From contig JALMLS010000507.1 in NCBI GenBank assembly GCA_038496445.1, positions 558,001-622,000 on the forward strand: a stretch of 64,000 nucleotides of DNA, in the 5' to 3' direction. The translations under genes and the position numbers were made by a program. Positions 12,581 through 22,939 of the stretch are shown here, piece by piece (the first letter of the stretch is position 1; the number at the start of each line of letters is the position of its first letter). The notes beneath the pieces are model-generated. The model did not search any database, was not told the origin of the DNA, and was given only the letters and a program-made list of their open reading frames with translations. Source of the DNA: Trichosphaerium sp. ATCC 40318 (taxonomy: Eukaryota > Protista > Tubulinea).

Positions 12581-13602
12581 ATGAACGCAGAACTTGCTAA
12601 CTACGAGTTAAATATTACTACTAATTTCATCGAGTACAAGGCACGTATCTATGATATAGCACTATGAAAACGGTTTGCGTTTGGATCGTGCGTACGCGAC
12701 CTTAACCGTCAACTGCCTGGTAACGCAGGTTTGCTGGAAGTGATGTGTTGTCACTACGTTTTCACACTTAGCGCGCCCAACGATCCAATCAGCGGCTACA
12801 GCAACTCCTACTGTGGTGTACGCGACCTTAACCGTCAACTGCCTGGTAACGCAGGTTTGCTGGAAGTGATGTGTTGTCACTACGTTTTCACACTTAGCAC
12901 GGATCTCAGTAGGATGCGCAACAACTTGTTTTTACATTTGTTTTCTAGTGTGAAGTTAAAATCGAGCCAAAACAGAGCACTACGCAGGAGTGCTTTAGGC
13001 CTGAGCAAAACTTGCGTGGCGCCCTGTTTCGGCGCATTTACGCGTGCATACCTTTTAATGGTACTTTTTAGGCTTTGGTAGATGCAGAACTACGTCGACA
13101 ACTAGCTTTAAAAGACGCCGAGGTAGAGGAGGCTAGAGAGAAGGCTAGAGAGCAACAAGCAAAAGATGGCGCCAAAATACAAGCGCTTCTGGCTAAAAAC
13201 CGCAAATTAACACAAGCAAGAAAAAACGTAAAGCGCAAGTACGCACAGCTCATCAAACAGTGTGGAAAGTGGGAAGATCGCGCGAGAGAAATGAAACGCC
13301 AAAAAATTGCCATTGAGGAAAATTCGTATACTGCACTGTGCTGCAACCTACACGGTTCGCTTGCAGAACAGGAAAGAAACAAACAGCGAGCGGATTGGGG
13401 CGCTGATGAAGAAAAGAAGCCGCGTGAACTACCAGAAGGACTTGACTACGATTCTGAAGATTCTGGCGAAGACTACCACGATACGAATGATGGTGATTAC
13501 CGGCAACCTGTTGAGGATGTCCACTCAGTACGCAAATAATTCTACGCGATATTCAAACTTTGTTTTTTTTTTTTGAAACTAACCGTCCTATTGTAGGAAT
13601 AA
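12581..13602 (+). CDS. Uncharacterised coiled-coil/acidic-tail protein, paralog A. Exons 12581-12640, 13072-13527, 13597-13602
   Basis: Phase-0 GC-AG intron 12641-13071 joins MNAELANYEL...YK to ALVDAELRRQ; shares WE.RAREMKRQKI, RADWGADE and NDGDY.QP with the gene at 42420; last intron and SE-stop conserved. Confidence 0.75.
12692..12898 (+). repeat. Two identical 81-nt direct repeats (12692-12772, 12818-12898), period 126
   Basis: GTACGCGACC...CACTTAGC occurs twice exactly. Confidence 0.97.
12966..13033 (+). ncRNA. Candidate long intronic hairpin (pre-miRNA-like)
   Basis: GCC-A-AAACAG-A-GCACTACGCAGG pairs with CTTGCGTGGCGC-C-CTGTTT-C-GGC; covaries with 42813-42881. Confidence 0.55.
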
Positions 13603-13950
13603 TCTTAGTGCTTTGTTCTCTATTAGTTTTGATCTGTACAGTGTAATTTAAAATAAAGTTGTAATATTATGTAATTTAGAACAGTTATTGAGTTGTGTTT
13701 CTTTGTTTTACTGGCTCGGATACAATTTAACTAAAAACAACTCTTTTTAACGCGTCAGGCTATCATTTTTTGAAGTGGTGTTAGTGCCCTTTTGGTGGAC
13801 TAGTAGTCGGAGTAGATACCATAAGTATACGATTTGTGACAGTGTAGTTTCTAACATAACAAACGTTCTTTTCTGCAGTTAAAACGCGTTACGTCCATTA
13901 TTTGTAAACTGGGAGATACATAGGGGTTTAGGTAAAATTGCAAAAAGACA

Positions 13951-14024
13951 TGATTCCGTTGGGGATCGAACCCAAGACCTTCTGCGTGTAAAGCAGATGT
14001 GATAACCAACTACACCACGGAATC
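13951..14024 (-). tRNA. tRNA-Val(TAC)
   Basis: GATTCCG acceptor, TCTGC-TTTACAC-GCAGA anticodon arm, GGTTCGATCCC T-loop, T5 terminator downstream. Confidence 0.97.
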
Positions 14025-14100
14025 ATTTACATTCTTTTCAGCAAAATTTTAACCTACCGATTCGGCAAAAGACTACTAATGGACCGCAATCGCGTAACTA

Positions 14101-15432
14101 TCAATCTTTTAATCTTCGCTCCTGTTGGTGCTTTGAATGGAGTAAGAAATCCAAAACCATCTTAGCTCTTTCTCCATTGAATCCGTGTCTGGCGTTTTGA
14201 AGCTCTATGAATGATACATTCCAACCACATTCTTTAAATACTTCGTGTGCATAATGACAAGGAGGTCTATTATCTTCTGACCGAGAAGTAACTATCAGCA
14301 GTGGTGGTTTCTCTTTCGCATTGGCTATCGCTTTTCGTTGTTTTTTAGTTTTCTCTTCATCTTTGTACTTCGTCAAACCACCCATGTGATTCACGAGTGC
14401 TGTAAATTCATTACCTAGACGAGAAGCAATCTCTGATATGAACAGACCTCCATTTGAGTGACCAATAGCGTATACACTGCCTAAAGTAAGAAAGAATTAG
14501 TGCCTCTCTTTTCTTGTTTGGCATTGTTAAACAATGAATACGCACTGACGTCAACTGGGAATGCTTGTTTAGCATAAGACACAACAAATCGAATATACGG
14601 AATGTCGGTTGGATACCATAATGCTGATATAAGGTTTGGATTGTAAACAACAGGTTCAAACGTAGACTCTAAAGAAAAAAAATTAATAAATAAAGTCAAA
14701 CACGTGCTCATTGGAATGAAAGAGTGCGATTTAAGCAAAGACTCGCTATAGCCGAGTCATGTAAAGGTTGTTGTTAAAATAAGGCATGCATGTCGCAGCA
14801 AATAAATGGTAATTATTACCGTTTACCTGGTACAAGGTTGCACTAATTTTGTTTGCAAAAGAAAAAACCAAAAAAAAGTTATATGTCGGTATCCGTACCA
14901 CACCAAATTAAAATTATCCTATGCTTGTTTGCTAATTCTTCCCATGACTCTTCACCCTTCTTACAAGAACGTAATGAGTTATAGTAAGCGTGTCCATCCG
15001 TTCCATGAAGAAGTAATAGCACAGGTATCTAAAAATTCCGTTACATACTATTTCATTAACGAAGTCGCACTCAACATACCTTTGGCAATCCAAGACAAGG
15101 TTCTGGATTTGGCGAATAGTTCTTAGGAAAATAAGTTACAAAACGTCGTCTTTGAATACCAAACAAGCCAACCTTAAATAGAAGAAGTTAAGTCACGTAA
15201 AAAAACCTCAAAACAAAAACGTACAGGAAACAAGCACTGATACTCAATGTTGCGTCGTGATGGACCTAATATTGCGTAAAAATTAACATGGTTTATATTT
15301 CATTGTTGATCACTCCGTACCTTTAATGACTTTAACTGTGCGGCTGCGTTTGTAGATAAAGAGTAAAGCCGCTAAAAAGAATAGAGAGCATGATGAATAC
15401 GTGATCAAAGAGGCACATAAACTGTATGTCAT
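14101..15432 (-). CDS. Alpha/beta hydrolase (esterase/PHB-depolymerase-like) with N-terminal hydrophobic segment
   Basis: LLLHGT oxyanion motif, VYAIGHSNGG nucleophile elbow, C-terminal ARHGF His. Confidence 0.8.
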
Positions 15433-15725
15433 GTACGAGTAAAGTGACATTAGTGTTGTTAACCAGGTGGTCTTGAGTGAAATAACAAGTATTAAGTCTA
15501 GTGACAGCTTCGCCTAAAGCAAATCCTCCGCAATTCACTGAAAATGTTATTCGGCCGATTCAAGGTTAGCTAATATCCATGCGTTTTTCTGCAAAATTAT
15601 TCAAGCTGAGCATGATAAAAAAAGTTTTAATAAGGGGTGGTTATGCACGTAACAAGTTAAATACATTGAGGAAATAATGTTTCCCACAGAGAATGTTAGA
15701 GGTTTGATATCAGTTAGCAGTTGTA

Positions 15726-17054
15726 CTAACAAATATCATCATCGGAGTCGATGTTTTCCAAATCATCCCCTCCTTCGGTATCGAGTGTGTTCTTCACCTT
15801 CAATAGTAGAGACGTATGCCATCGATCAAGTCGCGTCAAAGAATCGTAGTCTCGTACAGCCTAAAAAAAGTACTTAGAAAAACCTCTCCCAGTCTTTTCT
15901 TTTTTACCTTTTGGAAGGCTTCCAAGTCATAAGCTTCAACGGCTTCTATACAATCCTAAACATTGATAAATATGTAATGTATGTGTATTAATAAGCAATA
16001 GAGGCATACTTGGAGTAGTTTATATTCGCGTTGTCCGCCAAATTCAAGTTGTATGTTTACATATTTTTCAAGCGCTTTCTTAGCACCAACGACATCCTAT
16101 TCACCCACATTAATATGTGACAGAATAACTATTAATCATACCTTTACCAAGTGACATAAACCGGCCTTTAGAAAGTATTTTTTAGCTCCGAATTTGCCCA
16201 AGTTTGACCCTATGTAAAGAAAAAGAGTCAACAATAAAAAATGCAATAGTTCGTTTAGAAATACCTGACGCATCTGTGGCACATTTTTCATATATGGCAA
16301 TAGCAGTTGTATAATCGTCTAATGTTACACTTAGATCTGCAACTTCAAGTGAACATTTATTGGCCTGTATTACAGATCCTTCACCCTAACAAAAAAGTAA
16401 GAATAACTTTGTCTTTTTTTTTTTCCATTTTTAATTTCTCTTGCACACCTCAAAGAAATCTGCGGCTGATTGGTACGCCTCTATGGCCTTCTCTACTTCT
16501 GATTCAGCTTTAAGTAAATCTCCAACGTCCTTGTGTAATTTCGCTGCCATGGCAAATCGACCGTCCTCTACACAATAGAGGTAAGTGGAGTGAACAATAA
16601 AAAAAAGAAATACGCGTAAACGTTACAGAAATGGAATTGGCTTTTTACAAAACGCTTGAATGTTGCTTATTAGGTAGGTTCGTACCGACATATATATTTA
16701 GGGCTTGAGAGTAAGCTGCTACTGCGTGGTTTGGTGATTCTTTTACAAAACACTTGGCTGCAGTGACGTAGTTGGAACTGGCATCGTATCTGTTGTCTTT
16801 TGACGCTTGAAGATAAATCTCAGCAGCTTTTACATAAGCACGCCCTGCTTCTTGTACTATAACGCGTTAGGTACTGCAGACGCGATAAATAACGACATAC
16901 GTTCTTTTGCTACCTTCAAAGTATTACCCGCTTTTATAAATCTCTCTGCTAGCTCCTCCCATTTACTTCTACCTGGACGTAACCATTTACCCTGCATTGA
17001 GGCTTCCTTTGCTTTTGCTTGATTAAGCATTTCTAGTCCCTTTGCTTTAGCCAT
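15726..17054 (-). CDS. NAPA: Alpha-SNAP (Sec17)
   Basis: KWEELAERFIKAGNTLKVAK, GRFAMAAKLHK, KFGAKKYFLKAGLCHL motifs. Confidence 0.92.
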
Positions 17055-17309
17055 GTTCTGTTTTATTTATGCCACGTTGCTTTGTAATAACCGTTGTTTC
17101 AAATAAAATCCATTTTTTTTGAAAACCCGTTGTCATATTCCATGATTTTCAAACATAGCTTTTCAAAGCCAAATAAGTATTGTTGGGCGCTACTTTAGTT
17201 TCTGCGGCCATACAAAACGTTGTACAATTTTTAAGAATACTTCATGTCACTTTGTCACGTGACGTTGATGAGAAGTTGCTAAGCAAATAGCTAGTTAAAA
17301 GATGTGCAT

Positions 17310-18674
17310 TTATTGCGAAGGTATGTTCTTTAACAACTTGCGTTTATGGAGTTCTTTTACTTTGAGCGAAGTCCAATCTGCATCTGTAAGTTCGGTAAGG
17401 TCCGATGCTACGTCTACACCGAAATCTGATAGAACCTTTTGGTACTGTGGTAGATTTAACCTTGCCAAGAAGGTTGAAATGTTCTGGTCATTTTGGTTTT
17501 TTACAGCTTTTTTCTTGGGCTAAAAACCGCTTAGAGAGTTGCACAAATGCCCAATTAAAGATCAGTGTACCATTTTTGATTTGATTGCCTTATTAATTGT
17601 CTTAGAGGGTGGTTTTTGTTGTTTTTTTTCGCTTGATAATTTAGTTTTGGTTCCTTTTTTTCTAAGACTTGTTCTGAGCTCTACTAGCAATTTTCCTAGC
17701 ATATTCTTTCCAGAACCATCACCGCCATCTGCCTAACGTATTTCATTAAAGGACTTGCGTTAAACTCAACGACAATTCATGTAACCAAACAAAGAAAAAA
17801 ATGAATACCCAATATTTATCACGTGTTGTGTGTTCAACAAGAATGTCATCTCCAGTAGACATTAATTTCTCAAGCAAAAAATCATTTTGAGTAAATTTTG
17901 CTCTTAGTGCTTTCTTCATGACTGTTATTGCTCTATCACCTTTCCATTTAGGATCTATCTTCACACCTGTTTTTTTTATTGGTCAGAAAATCAAAAAATC
18001 TCAGCTACAAGCGTTTCAATCGCTTTGTACCTTTGCTCAAGAACTCATCTATTATGACATTGAGATCAGTACGCCATTTATAACCACCTGCCTTCTTTTG
18101 ACGTGCTGAAATTTCGTTAACTTTTCCAAAAAGGAATTCACCTTTTAAATTGTACCTAGTACAGCTGCCTTGTTGGGAGTACTCTGAGACCTCACTAATT
18201 CAGCGTATTCTTCAGCAGCGGCACCAGCGCCTTTATAGATGAATTTGTTGGCTTGAAAGTAATGTTCACTTGTCATCCATTCTTTACCGTCTATTTCAAG
18301 CGTGAATCGCTTGTCTGAAGGCGTCAACAATTGCTAAATGTAAAACAAATAATGCGCACCTTGTTTTGGCCCGTAGAAGTTAGAAAACTCTCCATGTTCC
18401 TACTACAATTAACGATAACGCGTTATCACGATTGAATGTTATTTCAACAGTTGACATACTTTTTTCTCGTCGTAGAATAGCGTTGTTGACGTTTTTTTTC
18501 GCTTTTTACGAGGCTGAGAGGAAGCTTTGGAGGTTTATAAATATTGACACCGTGTTTAATTACAAACTTAGTTGCTCTTTAGGCAGTACCTGTGGAGCTA
18601 CCTCGTTTCATTTTGGTGTAACTGGTACCACGGATGAAGCAGTTTATACGCCTGAAAGATCTGAGGGAAAGCAT
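17310..18674 (-). CDS. NADAR (YbiA-like) domain + C-terminal SAM-like domain; start uncertain (18610 or 18674)
   Basis: FSNFY, TSEHYFQANKF, MKKALRAKFTQN, LVEHTTRDKYW, DGGDGSGKNMLGKLL; C-terminal FLARLNLPQYQKVL...LTELTDADW..LKVKELHKRKLL. Confidence 0.88.
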
Positions 18675-19148
18675 ATTTAGTCAAAGCCTTTCAGAGAGGC
18701 AGAAGGTTTGGCGGGTTTTTTGAAATGAGCAAAAGCGATGTACGTGCTTATTTTGTTGTTGCTAGTAACATCGGTAGAACGTACTGGTAATTGAAGACAT
18801 TGAAGGGTCTGTACCAACGATACGATACGAATTTGAAAAGGGAGGCGTACCAGTACTAGATATGGATGCCCCTCAAGGCAAAACGCTGTTCCCAGCGTCT
18901 GATGCGATTTCTAAACAGTTAGCTTTAAACAAACTACAAAGTATGCTACCACGCGTAAAATAGTACTAACATTACTACCAGACGCATCAAAACAACCTAC
19001 TAAACCGCTAAAATAAGTATTGAGTCATGGCGCTATTAAACAGCGTAAAACACTCCAAACCTCTATAATGTAATTTTTAAATTGATACAAAGTGTATTTG
19101 TAAAATAATGTACGAAATTTTTGAACAAAAAATTGTTATCTACCAAAC

Positions 19149-20482
19149 TCATCCAACAGTTTGGCTACTTTGAGGTCTGAGTCTCTCCAACTCCTCTTTT
19201 AATACTTTATTATGACGCTCTATATAAATTAAAGTTATAAAATGGCGTTATATAAGTACACGAAACGCTTTTTTTACACGTGTTTTTTTAATTTGAAAAT
19301 ATCGAAAAAGAACGTACTCAAGCTATCAATGTAATTACTTATTTTCCTCTGCTCACGTTTCTAAAATGTTGTATTAATAAACAAATGTATGTTATTCCAC
19401 AAGGATGGAAAATACTTCAGTGAGCGAACTGGCTTGGAGACAAAAAATGATGAGAAAAAATTACCCTCTTGGCCTTTTTTTGTTCTCCCACACTCATGTA
19501 AACACCTCTGGCAATACGTAACAGACGCCAAGCACGGAATATGACAAGGAGTGATCCAACAATTCCCATGTTCAGAGCAAGGTCTAGAATGAGAGAAATT
19601 GTAACCACGATGAGATCCAGTACATAAAGAGCTTGATAAAATTATTAGTTCAATGTCAACCAGTTTTGTGAGTTTATGTAACGGCCAGGTTACATGTAAG
19701 GTTATAAAGTACTGGCAAGCGAAAATTGAAGCCATCGTAATGACACAATTGTCTATGTTTGTACCAACTGTGTTGGTTTTTCGTACCTTTCTTGAAAAAA
19801 GACAAGCCATAGCAGAATATCAAAACCACTAGTTCTATGCCAAAGATACACAAAATGACTATACTCATAATTTGCAATCCATTAGTCACGTTCTTGTATA
19901 AGGGCTTCGTAAAGTCGTACACAAACTAGGGTCCATGTAAGTACACTTGTGAACAAAGGTAACAATATCAAAAATAAAAATAAGACAACCGTTGAGATTC
20001 TGCTTTCTCAAATCACGTGCTTATTCTTGATGTTTTGGGAAACTATTTTGGCTGGCTTACCTGTAACTCTTCTGGTGTTGCAGTGCTATTAAAAGGTACT
20101 GAGGGGTCTAATTTACATGCTCTGTTGGTTTCCAGAACAACTTTTGCTATTACAATGACAATATCCAAAATGAGTAAAAATATGAGAGCAGTCTGTACCA
20201 AGCGACTCTCAACGATTTCAACAGCTGATTTCCTAGTAGGCCTAATTGCGAATGTTACTTCCGGTATCTTGTTGTCCACGTGATTAGAGATACATACCCG
20301 CAGATAGCATTTTCGAAGTGTTTCTGTTTGGTCAAGTTTCCACCGTCCAACCAAGACGGTAATTGTTTGGTTTTTACCTTCTCTTCGGCTTCAAGACGCT
20401 GTGTTAAAGCTTCGTATGCGTCATCTACGCTTTCTTCATCTTCTGTGAGTAGATTCGCTCTCATTGAATCGTTTTGTATCAT
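19149..20482 (-). CDS. HVCN1: Voltage-gated proton channel Hv1-like
   Basis: Four TM segments, S1 LILD, S2 F..E, S3 LD...LD, S4 FRAWRLLR (RxWRxxR), C-terminal coiled coil, no pore domain. Confidence 0.85.
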
Positions 20483-20817
20483 TTATGTCGTCTGGCGTAG
20501 TTTCGCAATGGTTTGGGTTGCTTTGGGAATTACAGTGTTAAAGTGTACGAAACAGGCTGCCAAGCTTGATTTTGGTTACTTTTCGCGTAGGTACGTTCAA
20601 ATAGATACTGCTTTAGTCTAATTGACAACCACAGAGTTTGGTGTCCTAAATCTCGTAAAAAGGCTAACAAAAAAACAGCAATTCACTGACATATGTCAAA
20701 CTAGTTTCTAACTTTCGTAAAACCACAGCATTTCTTTTTCGTGGTCATATTTAACAAAGAACTCTACAATACTTGTTTATTGACTGGTTTCTATAGTTTG
20801 AGGCTTGGCACTGCTAA

Positions 20818-21637
20818 TCACGGGTCTCTTTTCATAACTGTACCCATTTTGTAGATATTGACACTTTGAAGTATACCTGTGATACCCCACTCTCTAAACT
20901 CTCCATTTCTTACTCCTTTTTTAAAATGACATTTGGCTCTTAACTTACCATTTGGATGCCATTGCTTTGCCTCACCTTCTTTTAACCCTTTAACTTTAGT
21001 ACAATAATAAGTTAATTGACCATTATCATGCCAATTCTTTACATCACCTTCTGCGTTATCATCCTTCATAAAACACTCAATATGTAGCTTTCCATTCGGA
21101 TGCCATTGTGTGAATACACCATCTTCCTTTCCATTCTTCATTGTACATTTTACATGTAACTGTCCATTTGCATGCCACTGTGTATAATCACCTTCTTCCA
21201 AGTCATTGATATAAGTACTTATGCAATGAACTTGACCATTCTTGTGCCATTTTCTTAGTTCTCCTTCACGTTTATTATCTTTATAATGCGTCCTACTATG
21301 TAACTCTCCTGTACTGTAGTATCCATATGATATACCATCCATTTTACCATCTTTAAAATGTGTTGATTGACGTAAACGTTCTCCGTTTTTGGACCATTTA
21401 AGCCAAATTCCATTTTTATCAAAAGATGAATTAAAGTGAGTTAAAGTCGCTGCACGTTTACATAAAAGGTGCCAAGAAACGAATATTTCTGGGTCTAAGG
21501 AACAGGTTTTACGTTGTAATTCTGGCAGGAGGTGTAAGAGTGTAGAACATACTGGCGAAAGCGAAAGAGCTGGAATTCAACGTTAGTTTATAGGGTAGTA
21601 TGCGTTACGTACTGCGCTTTTGTTCTTTGGCACTCAT
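20818..21637 (-). CDS. F-box-like + MORN-variant repeat protein (one 5' intron)
   Basis: N-terminal LLHLLPELQRKTCS...KRAATLTHF...GIWLKW is homologous to the gene at 1507-2736; W-H-x-N-G-Q-L repeats. Confidence 0.88.
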
Positions 21638-21904
21638 GAGACAGTCTGTGGGTGTAAACTTTTCTCTTTGCGAAATCTGTTTTAATCAGGCTGGTTCGCA
21701 GTGGTACGCGTAAAATTCTTAGTCAACGAGCTACAAACGAAATCGGTTTGCCGTTGTCACTAAAGGCGTTTTTTCGTTAGAATATTGCGCTGTGAAACGC
21801 TGATAGCTTTATGACGAATCTACAAACTAACTGTGACGTCTTCGTAGAAAATACGATAAAAAAAACGAAAAAAAGCATTTCGAGCTTTTTTTGTCAACAA
21901 TCGT

Positions 21905-22835
21905 CAAACACAGAATGCGTGCCAAGTTGAAAGCCAAAGCGGAATCCGTATTGGCTTTCCTAGTTCCACCCCTACATACTCTCATAACTAACTCAACAGC
22001 TCCCGATTACAAGTACGAAATTATACAATACCCAACAGAGCGTCCAGATGCTGTATACACGAGCGAGTTTCTAAAAATACCACCAGAAATACTTGTTCTT
22101 GTGTTTGAAAACTTATCAAACCGAGACCGGTTCAAAATGAAGCAAACTTGCATAAGATGTGCCTGTTTAATACGTGATAATATTGGCTATACAGATGTAT
22201 ACATTTTACACCCATTACAGGATGTACCACTCCTTCTGAGTAGCAAAGGCAACTTGAACAATGCAGTTGTTCATGTAGGCAACTTTGGTTCCTACTTCAT
22301 GCTACATCACCTAGGATCTATAAGACACATAAACTGTGCGAATACTTGGGTATTAGATGAAGATATAAGTGCTCTAACAAACCTAAAAACAGCAGACTTT
22401 GAGGGAACAAACTTGACTTCAAAATGCCTTGAAAATCTAAGTGGTATTCAAACACTTGTGCTAAGGTATTGTCCTTACATAGATGACTCTTATATGCACT
22501 TCCTGAAAGGCATACATACAATAGATCTGTGCTTAACAAACATCACAGACAAATGCTTAGAACACTTGAGTGGCGTTCATACTATCACTCTAGATGAAAC
22601 TGCAATTACAGATTCAGGTCTCAAGCACCTTGCAGGTGTACATACTATCTCTTTGAAGCATGTTACACAGGTTACTGATAAAGGTATGGAGTTTATTGTG
22701 GGTGCACATGAAGTATATCTTTTTGGAAGCAGTGCTACTACAGAAGCTATTAATATTCTAAAAGGAACGATTGTTCATTTAGAAGAAGAAGAAGAAGAAG
22801 CAGAAGAAATAGAGCTCATTGATATCTTGATGTGA
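21905..22835 (+). CDS. F-box/LRR protein, intronless
   Basis: LKIPPEILVLVFENL F-box; ITDxxLxxLxG(I/V)HTIxL leucine-rich repeats. Confidence 0.9.
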
Positions 22836-22939
22836 GTTCTCACCTAATTAGTTTTTAGTAGTTTTGAGGGTATGGTGTACATAATAAATAATTTTGTAGA
22901 TAAATAGCAAGTAGGTTAGCCTATGAATCTTCTAATGCA

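Noticed and set aside
12692-12898. CRISPR-like repeat-spacer array
   Set aside because: Only two ~80-nt repeats; the spacers are homologous between loci; no cas genes; eukaryotic context
12731-13081. 116-aa ORF running through the repeats
   Set aside because: The frame is broken by indels and stops in paralog B; better explained as intronic sequence
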